Positions 24,461 through 37,642 of a stretch of 64,000 nt of DNA are shown one piece after another. Where the stretch lies: positions 47,182,001-47,246,000 of the forward strand of contig OX597822.1 of NCBI GenBank assembly GCA_951406725.2, written 5' to 3'. Origin of the DNA: Octopus vulgaris (Eukaryota). Position 1 is the stretch's first letter. Each line of letters opens with the position of its first letter. A program made the translations under genes and the position numbers. The notes beneath the pieces were generated by a model, which was given only the letters and a program-made list of their open reading frames with translations, was not told the DNA's origin and searched no databases.

Positions 24461-24547
24461 CAGAAACCATCAATAAAGCAACATTGTTTGCCAACCGGTG
24501 GAGGAGGACAAACACACACACACACGCATGCACACACACACACGCAT

Positions 24548-24594
<47 letters not shown>

Positions 24595-25874
24595 TGCACA
24601 CACACGTACACACACACACACGCACACACACGCACACACACGCACACACGCGCTCGCACACACACACATACACACGCACGTACATACACACACGCACGCA
24701 CACACACGCACACATACACATTCAGTTTCCCTCTGCCAAATCCATTGACATGGCTTTGGTCCTCCCAGAACTATTGTAGAGCGCCTTAACCAGATAGTCA
24801 CGCCTGCACCTGTCTAAAAAGATAAAAAAGCGGGATGGTCACAGTTGGAATGCTTTTGATGGTAGTTCTACTGTATCGGGGCTGATCTGAGGTAAAAATA
24901 ATAATACAATGAATAAGTTGGTTATCAGTTATTGTTATTGTTTAACCTCAGAAAGACATGAAAATGGCAGAATCGTTTGTGCATCGGATGAAATGCCTAA
25001 CAGTATGTCTTCTGACTCGTTACATTCTGGGTTCAAGTTCCGCCAGAGCCAACGTTGCCTTTCATACATAAGGGGTCCAAAGTACGAATTAAGTCGATGG
25101 TATTGGCCAACTTTCTCTTCTTTAACAAAAATGTTGACCTTCAACCAAAATTAGGAACCCAGATCAATTGTGATGGAACTGATCCATTATCAAAGGCATT
25201 CCAGCCATGACCAGCCTGTCTTTTTATTTCTATGCAAGGAGCCCATGCATGATATGAGGGAAGTTTAACTGCTATTTCTAGTGAATAATGTTAGACAAAT
25301 ATAACTGGTTGTGGTGATGGTGGGAAAGATGGAGTGCAAGTAAAGAAAATAAATATCATTTTAGATTTTTTTTATCGTTTATCAGCTTTCTTTTAACGAA
25401 ATTTCCGTTAAAATGACGAATTTATGGTGTAAGCCACCTGGTGGTGACCTTTGCCATAAATTCTACTGACTCCATGGAGACGAAAATATAGGTTTACACA
25501 ACTTCCCCCGTCCCCGCCTCCTCTACCACCCAAGTAGACTATAATTCAGGCAAAACAGAGGAAGAAAGGAAAGAAAAGAAAGAAGGAAGGAAGGAAGATA
25601 AGAAAGAAGGAGTAGTTTGTGAGTTTTAACCCTCTACCTCCTCCCTTCCTTCTACTTCACCTTTCTGTGATGTTTTTGTTTGTATATACATTCATTGTGG
25701 CACTCCGTCGGTTACGACGACGAGGGTTCCAGTTCGAATAAAAACCCTTTTAGTCCACCAAATTGATTTTTGTATTTACTTTTGATCCTTATACTTATTG
25801 TTGGTCTTTTTTGCCGGACCGCTAAGTTGTTAGCACGTAAAGCAATACCAGTAGTCAAATGGCGGTAGGGGGAC

Positions 25875-25913
<39 letters not shown>

Positions 25914-26076
25914 AAGGGCTTCCGCGCAGTTTCTCTTTACTGGTAAGGCATTGGTTGATCCGGAGGTATAGATGATACCTGCCCAAGTTGCCGCGAAGTG
26001 CGACTGAATCTCAAAACCACGTAGTTGAAAAACGAGCTTCTTAATCACATAGCCATACCTGTCTATACATAAACAT

Positions 26077-26363
26077 GTTTGTTCCTTCTCAAACCACACC
26101 TGGCTCCTAGGTCCGGTTTCCCGGTTTCTTTGGCGTATAGGTTCCCCACCTGGACGATCCGTCGCAGGCAAGCTGCAAGATGCAGGAGGAAAGAGTGAGA
26201 GAAAGTTGTGGCGAAAGAGTCAGCAGAGGTTCATCATTACCTTCTGCCGCATGGAGCTTAGGTGCTTCGCTCATAAATACACACATCGCCCGGTCTGAGA
26301 TTCAAACCTGCGATCCCTCGACCGCGAGTCCGCTGCTCTAACCACTAGGCCATGTGCCTTCAC
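26077..26363 (-). mobile_element. tRNA-derived SINE with 12-bp TSD
   Basis: Head gaaggcacatggcctagtggttagagcagcggactcgcgg; TSD atacataaacat at 26065-26076 and 26364-26375. Confidence 0.92.
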
Positions 26364-26686
26364 ATACATAAACATATTCATTCAATATATGTATGCATAC
26401 ACACTCTTCTGCATGTCTACTGAAAATATCTACTCTTCCGTTCTTTTATTTGTCTCAGTCATTGGACTGCGACCATTGCTTCGAAGGGTTCAGATTGGGC
26501 GCATAGATCGACTCGGTTGCTTCCTTTAAGTTCGACACTTCCTGAATCGGTTTTCTTTTCCCGAACCGTTTGTTATGAGGACGCAAACAAACCAACTGCG
26601 GTTGTCAAGCAGTGGTGGGAGAGGGGACAAGAACGAAAATACGCCCACGCAAATACACACACGCACGTATATATGTATGTGCACAC

Positions 26687-27647
26687 GAGGGTTATGACTT
26701 TTTTTTTTTCTTTTGGAAGTAAACAATTTCCTGTATCAAAAGTCGATGAACAATTTCATAAAGTGGGGAAGATAACCTTTATTTTATGTTTTTTTTTTAA
26801 GAAAAAACGTCACTCCCAACTGAAGAAAAGAGTTTTGCTTTTCAATGTTTGTCGATTCATCTCTTATAGCTCCGCAGATTTTTGGTTTACTGAGCAAATG
26901 TTCAATACACATGATTATCAGAAGATATGTGGTAGCCTGCAAGTTCATAAAAAAGCATTGAACTCTGTAAGTTGAGAACCATCAAAACTGGAAATTCTCA
27001 GAACAAATCAGAGTGCAGAACGTACTATCAAGTGCCTTCAAGATCTTTATGATGTTCGTAAAAAGGATAAACTTCAGCTTCGATTTATTTTATCTGACAA
27101 AACATATTAATTCTTTGTTACGTTTAAAAATTTGCTAATATTCAGCACCCTTTTTCTTATACAGTTATTTAAAATTGGAATTAAACCTATAAAGTTAAAA
27201 ATATGTATTGCTTTAAATTTTGTATGTAATCGAATGCTTATAGTAGCCTCTGAGTTGAAATAACCTAGTTTTGAACCTTTGCGTAGAGCAATTTCAATTC
27301 AGTAATCTTAAAAATGTATAAGTACACTTTTATTATACATCGCTCTTGCGTCTACAAGGATTTTGGCAGCGGAAATACTGAAGTGCGAAGCTAGTGCTAT
27401 ATTTCAGATATACTATTTCTGCATTGCATTGAGTCAGTACACCAAGTTTAGTAAAAATTTGAGCAGGTGTTATTAACCCCACTAGAAATGTGCATGAGTT
27501 GGGTCAAAAGTGGTGATCCATTTCTTAAGTTGGGGGTGATGTTTTTTTGAAATAAAGCAAAATAAATGTTAGTTTCCTGACTTTTATGAAATTATTAATC
27601 GAATTACAGTATAGGGTTTATTAGGTTCTGAAAAAGTCATAACCCTA
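26687..27647 (+). mobile_element. Deleted hAT (hATm-like) element
   Basis: TIR (T/G)AGGGTTATGACTTTTT; TSD gtgcacac / gtgtacac; C-terminal peptide RTNQSAERTIKCLQDLY...LQLRFILS at about 27000-27110. Confidence 0.82.
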
Positions 27648-29017
27648 GTGTACACACACACACACATTTCTATGTGTAGTCACACACTCATGCATATATG
27701 CATACATACATACGTACATACATACATACATACATACATGCATACATACATACATACATACGTACATACATACGTACATACATACATAGAAAAAGAGAAC
27801 ATTTATGGTGAACTAAGGCGGTACTTACAGCTCTTGTACCCTGATATAAATTGTCATTTGTACACATCATCGTAAATGCATCAAGCTATGTACCTACAAA
27901 TTTTCACAAAAACCTAGAAAAACAAAGTGTTTCGAAAAAACGCCTAAGAAACTGACGCGGATTCTCCAAATCCAATCTTTTAGTGGCGCAGTGAAGATTT
28001 CTAAGACATTCCAAAGATTCTTCATCTGAGATTCTTTAGGTGAATAGAGGCACGCAGTTGGATATGTGCATTTAGAATGCCGACAAAACTACATATTTAC
28101 AAGCACTGCGAATTCTCTTAACTCAAAATGTCTTGTCGTTTTGTTAGTGACCAGTTTGAACTCTCATTAGAAGAGTTTAAATACAAGCATATGACGGGCT
28201 CTACACACTTTCCAGCTACCAAATTCTGACCCAAAGGACTGGTCGGACAGGTGTTGCGATTTCAGATTATCACCATTTAGCTTAATCTCGAGGTTATATT
28301 GAAATCGACTTCATTCCTACCTCCAGGTAATCTGTATCCGATTTCAAGTTACTGAGATGCAAGTTGAATGGGATGTAAGCTGGATGGGATGAGGATGATG
28401 GGGGTGAAATCTAAAATCGCTATATCGAGGTTACTGTAGAATGACACAAACCAAATGTTGCTCAAACTGCAATAAATAGCAACGAAATTTCATTCATACG
28501 TTCTGTCTTCTATCTTTTACTTGTTTCGGTCAGTAGACTGCGGCCATGCTGGGGCACCGCCTTCAAGAATTTTAGTCGAACAAATTGCCCCTCCCCCCAG
28601 GACTTTTGTTGTAAGCCTGGAATATATGCTATCGGTCACTTTTTCCAAACTGCTACAGTTGCAGAGACTTAAACACATCAAGAACGGTCGTCAAGTGGTG
28701 GTTGGGAGCAAACACTGATGCAAAGACACACACAAACGCACTCTCATACACATATGCACGCACACTCACACACACATACACTGCGCGTGCACGTTTACGT
28801 ATACACACGCGCACACACTCACACACATACACATACCTACACACACTCTCACACGCACACACGCGCGCTCGTTCACACACATACACCATACATACACACA
28901 CACGCACACACTCACACACACTTATGCACACACACACGCACGCACACATGCACACACACACACACACAGATGCACATATATCGTGCTAAGTCGATAAAGA
29001 GACCATCGTGTGCACAG

Positions 29018-29520
29018 TCTGAGGGTGTTAGGTCCGGATTATATACTCGGAATGGCATTAATCCGATTTTCTCAAGTTCCTATAGTTTATTTCGTTCGAG
29101 CATTGCGAGGTCTTCCGTTGTCTTGCTGCAGAAGAGTTCGCTTTTTGTTAACCTTGCCAGCTATTTTTGCCGCACAATGGCATATATGCACTTCAGCTGT
29201 TCGGAGTACAGGTTTGCATCGATGGTTCGACCGGAACGAACGTTTGTGCATTATCCGCTCATAATTCCACCTGATGCAGAGCATCACCATGTGTTCAAAG
29301 CATCCATGTTTGGCGACAGGTTCCAGAAGCTGGTCCTTGCTTAACCACTGCTTGTGCATTCTAGGAGTGCGAAAAAATATCTCCCTCAGATTATTACTTG
29401 TTCTAATCCATGGTTCAAATCCTGCACTCGCAACGCTTCTTCAACCAAGAGGAAACAGAAGCTTCAGTTCTTCGCCTCGAAAGAAAAGACCTGGTATCAA
29501 GCATGAGATTAAAGTACGAT
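29018..29520. pseudogene. Mariner transposase relic with an internal inversion
   Basis: Minus strand 29380-29018: KQWLS...VMLCIRWNYE...LLQQDNGRP...YNPDLTPSD. Plus strand from 29383: PSDYYLF*SMVQILHSQRF...FASKEKTWYQ. Confidence 0.88.
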
Positions 29521-29664
29521 TGTGCTAACTCGTCACTTTATCCACTTAATAATGACCGATCCCATTTAGCGCTGTTTTGGTTAACGCTGCATTTGAAAGA
29601 ACGTTATCTAGAGTGCTGAGCAAGGTATTCTCTCTCGGCCTCTTTCGTGTGTATGCACGCGCGC

Positions 29665-29751
<87 letters not shown>

Positions 29752-31091
29752 TATGTGTGTGCGTGTGCGTGTGTGCGTATCTACGCACGCGCGATAGCTA
29801 TGAATAACACAGATGTTTCAATGAGCTGAGTTTTGAATTGTAGCCAAGTGTGATTAACGTGACTGTGAATGGTTGCTTTCAGCCGCCATTTTCGTCTCGT
29901 TTCAACTGTCATTTGCATTTACTTTTTTCCTTTCCGATTTTTTCTCTCAAAATTTAATTACAAATTTATTAATGAATGTTAAAGATATATAAATCAATTA
30001 AAACACCTTCCAATATTATTTTTGAAAAAATACAATCTTATAATCATTTGTTTTTTGTTTGTTTGTTTTTTAACAGTATTTCGTAAGACCTCAAAGAAAA
30101 CTTGTAAGGAGCAAAGGATACAAACATCGCTAATTACTCTTTCATATAAGGAAATTGAAGTTAATTTAAATTTTTAATGAAATTACATTAATTCGTTTTA
30201 CTTATTATTTAAAAAAATTGTCATTAAACCTATTCTCCCCTCAGTGTTTCTTAATTTTCGTAACTTGTTCTTAGCCTTATGCTTAAAATTTAGGACGCAA
30301 AACTTAACAACTGCCAGATATGTTTTCCTTCACACCGGACAAAATTCTCAGCGGCATTTCGTTCTGAGTTCAAATGCTGCCGAGGTCGATTTTACCTTTC
30401 ATCTTTTCGGGGTCGATAAAATGCGAGTAAGTATCAATTACACGGAGAGGAAGTGGTTGATATAATCGGATAGTTCCCCACAAATTTCAGGACTTGTGCG
30501 CATGGGAAAAAGGATCATTGTTTTTCAGTTCAAGGCAACGAACTGGTATACTCGTTAGCGAGTCGAACAAAATACTTGGCAGCATTTCCTCCACCTCCTT
30601 ACGTTCAGAGTTCAAATTCCGCTGAAGTCAACGTTGCCTTTCATTCTTTCGAGGTCGACAAAAATAAGATACCGGTTGAACACCGAGTCGATGTACTTGA
30701 TTAACCCAGCAGCGACGGTGGTGATTGTGGTGTTGGCAGCGGTGGAGGCGGCAGCGGCGGTGGTGGCAGAGGTGGTAGCGGCGGTGGTGATGAAAGTGGC
30801 AGTGGTGGCGGCGGCGGCGGCAATGATGGTAATGGTGGGGGTGGGGTGATGGTGCGCGAAGCTTTGACTGAAAGAATACAAAATGAAGGCAAATCGAAAT
30901 ATATTCGGGTGATATTTGGAGAAAAAGGCGTTACAAAAGAGTTAGCTCACACTTATCTTTTTGTCAAGAGCGAGAAGTTTTTTGTTCACGACAAACTTCA
31001 GTAAAAAACCTTTATAGGTCCAAATAGCTCTCAAACATATTTGAACTGGTCTTAAGCTTGTATTCGTTCAGTCAGTTTTATGCATCTACGC

Positions 31092-31167
<76 letters not shown>

Positions 31168-31209
31168 TAGAACCTACCACAATTAGATACCAATATCCAA
31201 GCAATATTA

Positions 31210-31610
31210 AGGCAGCCAGCTGGCAGAATCGTTAGCACAGCGGGCGAAATGCTTAGCGGTATTTCGTCTGCCGCTACGTTCTGAGTTCAAATTCCGCCGA
31301 GGTCGACTTTACCTTTCATCCTTTCGGGGTCGATTAAATAAGTACCAGTTACGCACTGGAGTCAATATAATCGAATTAATCCGTTTGTCTGTCCTTGTTT
31401 GTCCACTCTGTGATTAGCCCCTTGTGGGTAGTAAAGAAATAGGTATTTCGTCTGCCGTTACGTTCTGAGTTCAAATTCCACCGAGGTCGACTTTGCCTGT
31501 CATCCTTTCGGAGTCGATAAATTAAGTACCATTTGCGTACTGGGGTCGATCTAATCGACTGGCCACCAGCCCCCAAAATTTCGGGACTTGTGTCTAGAGT
31601 GGAAAAGAAC
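31210..31610 (+). mobile_element. Dimeric Nin-type SINE (head + unit with tail A + unit with tail B)
   Basis: Head ggcagccagctggcagaatcgttagc; junction aaagaaataggtatttcg at about 31443. Confidence 0.92.
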
Positions 31611-31763
31611 ATCTAAGCATTGTTTGTGCTTAGGTTACTCATGAAGAAAACCAAACAACCAAACTATATCTAAGTAAGCGATTCACCAAAATTTACCAAT
31701 TCAGAAGAAGGAGGTTAAGATATAAGGAAATCACAATCAAGCCTAACATATTTGCACTCGCAT

Positions 31764-31799
<36 letters not shown>

Positions 31800-31907
31800 A
31801 GTGCGTGCGTGCGCGCGCGCGTAGTTACAAGGAAATATACGTATGTATGTCTGTATGTATGCGTGTGTATAAATAGATAATGCATACATACAGACATACA
31901 TACGTAC

Positions 31908-31953
<46 letters not shown>

Positions 31954-32239
31954 CGTAAATATACACACGCATACATACACATACAGACTCTCAAACACAC
32001 ATGTATGCATCCCCAAATTCATCACACATAATTAAATGTATATATGCAGCGCATTTAGAAAGACATACTTTATATACATATACATTATATATATATATAT
32101 ACACGCACACACAATATGAGCAGTGAGCTGACATGTAAGTGCGCTGACCACTGGTACAATGTTGTGCCAGGAACGAAATACCAAAACACGAGTTTCCGAC
32201 CTCTTGGGTGGTTGACCTGCATCCTATCAGATTGGCCAT

Positions 32240-32304
<65 letters not shown>

Positions 32305-32895
32305 TAAATTTCTCACTCCGATACTCACATATAGCTGTACACACACACACAGATACACACACACATACACATATGCATACGTGGCTGTACACACACACAC
32401 TCTTTCTCTCACTCTCTCTTTCTCTCTTTCTTTCTCCCTCTATACACACACATATAGACAGACACATGCAAACAGGCAGAGACACACATACACACACGTA
32501 TACACACAGACACAGACACACAGACACACACACACATACATTACCGAATATACTAACATACATCATCTTCATCTGCCACGACCACCTCATAGAATATGGC
32601 CGGCACTTGCAAGTTCTCTGCATATTTTCAGTTATGTCATTTGGAACCTTCTATCGTTTCTGGCATCCCAGATATCAGAAAGGATAACGTACCCTATTGA
32701 CATGATGAACGAGTTATGGCCGAGCTATCTTGTTCATTCATCTAAATTCGGTCTCCGATTCATGAGCCAAGTTCCAGTAGCCGTTGGTCTCCGAATGATG
32801 GAGTATCAGAAGAGTCTGTCTTGCGGCCATTACGGTTTGTTATAGCTGTTTCGGTCATATCCAGGATTAATACGAGATTCTTTCTTCCTTTTCTC

Positions 32896-32979
<84 letters not shown>

Positions 32980-33069
32980 CCTCTCTCTCTTTCTTTCTTT
33001 CCTTCCTCTACCACTTCTCTCCCTCTAACTGCAATGGTAACACCAAATTACGATGGTATTGTTTGAGTT

Positions 33070-33304
33070 TTAAGGCGGCGATCTGGCAGAAACGTTAGCA
33101 CGCCGGGCGAAATGCGTAGCCGTATTTCGTCTGCCGCTACGTTCTGAGTTCAAATTCCGCCGAGGTCGACTTTGCCTTTCATCCTTTCGGTGTCAATAAA
33201 TTAAGTACCAGTTACGCACTGGGGTCGATGTAATCGACTTAATCCGCTTGTCTGTCCTTGTTAGTCCTCTCTGTGTTTAGCCCCTTGCGGGTTGTAAAGA
33301 AATA
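33070..33304 (+). mobile_element. Monomeric Nin-type SINE with 15-bp TSD
   Basis: TSD ggtattgtttgagtt at 33055-33069 and 33305-33319. Confidence 0.94.
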
Positions 33305-33697
33305 GGTATTGTTTGAGTTATTGGACTGCGACCATACTGAGGCACCGCCTTGAAGTGTTTAGTCGAATGAACCAATCCCAGTCGTAATTTAAAAAAAAAA
33401 TCTGGTACTTATTCTATCTCTGCCTTTTGACGAACCGCAAAGTAACGAGGATATGAATAAACCAACACTGGTTGTCAAACGATAGTGGGTGGGGCAAACA
33501 TAAATACAAAGGCACACACGCGCGCTAATGCAGATATGTATATATATACATCGGGCTTCCACACAGTTTCCGTCTACCAGTCATTCACTAGGCATTGGTT
33601 GGTCGGGGATGATAGTTGGAGACATTGCCGTAGATGCCGTACAGTGGACTGAATCCAAAATTGTAGTTTTAAAGAGAGTTCCTTTAATCACAGTCAT

Positions 33698-33758
<61 letters not shown>

Positions 33759-33759
33759 G

Positions 33760-33880
33760 GTGGAGAAAAATAGTACTCGAATACCAAAGGTAGAGTAATA
33801 TGCATTTTATTAGAGCTGCAAAATTATCACAGAACTGTTACTTAGAGCTCCACGTTCCCGTTCGTTGGACAGTTGTGATC
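33760..33880 (-). mobile_element. Penelope-like fragment with a decayed hammerhead-like motif
   Basis: Between (CA)n and (TA/TG)n; the minus strand reads ctgt CCAACGA acg ggaa cgt GGAG ctctaagTA acag. Confidence 0.5.
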
Positions 33881-34489
33881 TATATATTATGTGTGTGTGT
33901 GTGTGTGTGTGCGTGCGTGCATGTGTGCGTGTGTGTGTGTGCCTGCGTGTGTGCGCGTGTGTGTATGTATGTATATGTATGCATGTTTGTATGGATATGT
34001 ATGCATATGTATGTATGTATGCATATGTATGTATATATGTATATGTATGCATGTTTGTATGCATATGTATGTATATATTGTATGTGTGTATATATACTTA
34101 TACAAACTGACAAACAGAAATAACACAGGCACAAAAGGATATCGTTCCTCCAAATTTGTGATGGCTTCGCTGGTAAAAGTGTCACAGATGTGCAAGTACA
34201 GCGTTCTTGTTACGATGAAAACAGGGCAGACTACAGCTTTGTTTGTTACTATGGTAGCAGACAACAATGTGAAACTTACAGTCGTGGGTATTATTTGTGG
34301 CTTTCGATTGGCTAAAATATTGGCCAAATTTACAAGCTGTAAAAGTTTATTAACTGCTAAATCGGTATACCGAAATTTGGAAATAATCTGTCATTGCAAC
34401 CGAAAAAATCCTAAACGAGAAACACAAATAAAGGTAAATTGCAAATCTGGAAAAAGCAATCTGGGATCTGGGAATAACGGTGAATAATA

Positions 34490-34868
34490 TTTTCTACCAT
34501 AGGCACAAAGCCTGAAATTTGGGGGAGGGGACTAGCCAATTACATCGTCCCTAGTGTTTCACTGGTACTTAATTCATCGACCCCAAAGTGACGAAAAGCA
34601 AAGTTGACTACGGCGGAATTTGAACTCAGAACATAACGACAGACGAAATACCTATTTCTTTACTACCCACAAGGGGCTAAACACAGAGAGGACAAACAAG
34701 GACAGACAAACGGATTAAGTCGATTACATCGATCCCAGTGCGTAACTGGTACTTATTTAATCGAACCCGGAAGGATGAAAGGCAAAGTCGACCTCAGCGG
34801 AATTTGAACTCACAACGTAACGGCAGAAGAAATACGAATTTCTTTATTGCCCACCGGGGGCCAAACAT
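34490..34868 (-). mobile_element. Multimeric Nin-type SINE
   Basis: Two bodies plus part of a third tail; junction gacgaaatacctatttctttac at about 34650. Confidence 0.9.
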
Positions 34869-34911
34869 AGATATGGACAGTACAACTGATGGGATCAGTG
34901 AATCGATATGA

Positions 34912-35281
34912 TCTCTCTCTATATAAACGGCAGTTTGTCTGTGTGTGTTTCTGTGTGTCTGTTAGGTTGTACCCTCACCCTGACCATGGCTTTCAACCGA
35001 TTCTGATGAAACTTGACTCACACATAGCCCAATGTCATAATTCAAAACTAATGCAGCGAAAATTTTGAAAAGTTCCCCCAGTTCTGAAAAAAATCGATAA
35101 ATTCGACATGGGGTCGAAAATCAGAAACACAAACCACAGACTGTCTAGGGGACGCAACTCGACCTTTTTAACTAAAAAAAATTTACCATCATTTTTTTTC
35201 CATTTTTTGGCTATAACTCTCTAAAAATGCTTTATAGTTATTTCCCTTACAAACCCGAGCAACGCCGGGCGATACTGCTAG
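34912..35281 (+). mobile_element. Complete 370-bp non-autonomous Helitron
   Basis: A|TC start, subterminal hairpin cccgagcaacgccggg, CTAG|T end, no TSD. Confidence 0.9.
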
Positions 35282-35654
35282 TTTTACATAAATGTGACAT
35301 CAAAAATAAAATACAATACATAAAAATCGAATGGAATACACAGTACAAAAACAATACAAATGAAGAAATACGGCTACACATTTCGCCCGGCGTGCTAACG
35401 TTTCTGCCAGCTCGCCGCCTTTAACGATAAATAATGACGCGGGAGGAACGGTGTGTATGTTTATAGAATGTGAATCACCAGGCGTAGAGCTTCTGGACCA
35501 TTGAGAGCCAGAACTCATCGAGCATTGATAAGCAATTTATCGAAGGATTATGACTTACTCTTTTGTTATATCTCTAATTGACCTCTGTTATTTTATTTTT
35601 TTTTTTTTTAATTTTATTTTTATTTTGCCTATATATGAAAGAAATTTACTTCTC

Positions 35655-36185
35655 AACCTGTCAGGTCACCTGTGAAATCTCTCATGAGTGCTACTGGTAA
35701 CATGGAATCTACTACAACCTCTTACATAGTCGGGTCATCATTGACTAAACCTTCACCAGGCTTGCCTGGTGAGGGCTGTTGGTAGAAATTCAGCAGGACT
35801 AAACACAAGACCAGTCAAAAGGACGGATGGACCTAATGTAGGTTCAATGACTATCTAGCAATAGCATGGGCCTCCAGAAATTCTGGGTTGGTGTCCGGGG
35901 CGTGCTGGAAGACCACCGGGGACGAGGAACTGATTAGCTTTTGTTAAAGCATTTCTCTAGAACCTACTTCAAACTCAAGCTATGTCTACTCCGATAATCA
36001 GCAAATCTTCTGCGATGGTCGACGATTGATGGTAAGATGAGCTGGTACGGGTCGCACTACTCCAAAGTGTGTATGCATGTGATCAGGAACCACATGTGAG
36101 CTGGCATTCCCAGTGAAACTCCGAATATGAACACGTAGGTCGGAGCCGGATAACCCCCGCCTACCGGGTGAATGCCATCGTAAGT
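35655..36185 (+). mobile_element. Probable 5' UTR region of an RTE-type LINE
   Basis: GC-richer complex block with no ORF; resembles RTE 5' regions by memory only. Confidence 0.3.
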
Positions 36186-36399
36186 ACAAATAAGATATTT
36201 CTTATTAAGAAAGCTTACCATCATAATTGGTCAGTCAGATCGGTAAAATGCTGCTGCGAAATCCTCACAGAAAACAGGCAGGATTCAGATGCAAAAGAAT
36301 AACAGATATTTAACATCGGGTTGCCGATCGAAAACCGTCTACAGCACCAATGCGATTTCTATCACAAAATTATTGATTAAAAAAGGGTCTTTGACTATT

Positions 36400-36652
36400 T
36401 TTAATTTTTTTTATTTAATCTAATGTTTATTGGCTTTAAAAACCAAAAGCAAGGCCATGTAGGGGGACAGGGAGTTATGTACAGGGAGGGTGGTCATACA
36501 AAGAGTTCAGGTCATTTCTGGTCAAGAGAGACTTTGAACCGAGCGGTCGTAGGCATCTTCACTATCTCGTCCGGCAGCTTATTCCACGGATCCGCAACCC
36601 GGACGGAGAAAGCCCCTCTCCTTCGATTGAGATGAAATCGTCGTAGATAGAG
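36400..36652 (-). pseudogene. CR1/L2-group LINE 3' end
   Basis: LYLRRFHLNRRRGAFSVRVADPWNKLPDEIVKMPTTARFKVSLDQK*, the typical CR1 ORF2 C-terminus, followed by a short 3' UTR. Confidence 0.87.
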
Positions 36653-36744
36653 CAGGAGTGGTTACACTATGTGTGAGGATTTGTGGTAAATGATGAAGGA
36701 CATCAAATTCGACTGCAACTTGGTCCAAATGGTTGTTTATACTC

Positions 36745-37157
36745 TTTACTTTTACTTGTTTCTGTCATTTGACTGTGGCCATGCTGGAGCATCGCCTTTA
36801 GTCGAGCACATCAACCCCAGGACTTATTATTTGTAAGCCTAGTACTTATTCTATCAGTCTCTTTTGCTGAACCTCTAAGTTACGGGGACGTAGACACGCC
36901 AGCATCGGTTGTCAAGCGATGTTGGGGGGACAAACACAGACACACAAACATGTACCCTCCCATATATATGTATATAATATATATAATAACACGTGTCGTT
37001 ATTCTACCAAATATATACGTTTTATTTATTATTTTGCACATTACTTAATCATCGTTTTATGTTTTATCTTATATTTAATCTTTCTAAAATATATAATTTT
37101 CTAGATGTTATAATTTAATTTTTCATTATTCAATTGATAAAAGGTGTTTTTTTTCTA

Positions 37158-37198
<41 letters not shown>

Positions 37199-37290
37199 CA
37201 TACGACGGGCTTCTTTCAGTTTCCGTTTACCAAATCCACTCACAAGGCTTTGGTTAGCCCGAGGCTATAGTTGAAGACCCAAAGTGCTAC
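36745..37290 (-). mobile_element. CORE-type SINE interrupted by an AT-rich insert
   Basis: Tail at 36745-36950 and head-side part at 37200-37290. Confidence 0.88.
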
Positions 37291-37610
37291 CCTAACCACT
37301 GGGACACTCAACAACTGGTTCAAGAACGTCCGGCAGTGTAGATGTGTCTTATCGGGTGATAAATAGACACAACTCATTAAAATAACAGCTTCGTAATGTA
37401 TTTTCTCATTTCGTAGAAAGAAAAACAGAAATAACGAAGGAAATATCTTCATTTACAAAGAGGATCAAAAATAAAATCACAGATGCAAAAAAACACGCAA
37501 TACAGCGAGAAAAGTAACATTCTTATGACGTCAGCAACAGATATATGTATAGTATATATATATATATATATTTATATTCTTATGACGTTAGCAACAGATA
37601 TATTGTATGG

Positions 37611-37642
<32 letters not shown>

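Noticed and set aside
32560-32880. Possible decayed LINE 3' end or exon
   Set aside because: Stops in the frames examined and no motif I could assign.
33891-34487. 198-aa ORF
   Set aside because: First half is microsatellite; second half resembles a non-coding DNA-transposon end and has no recognisable motif.
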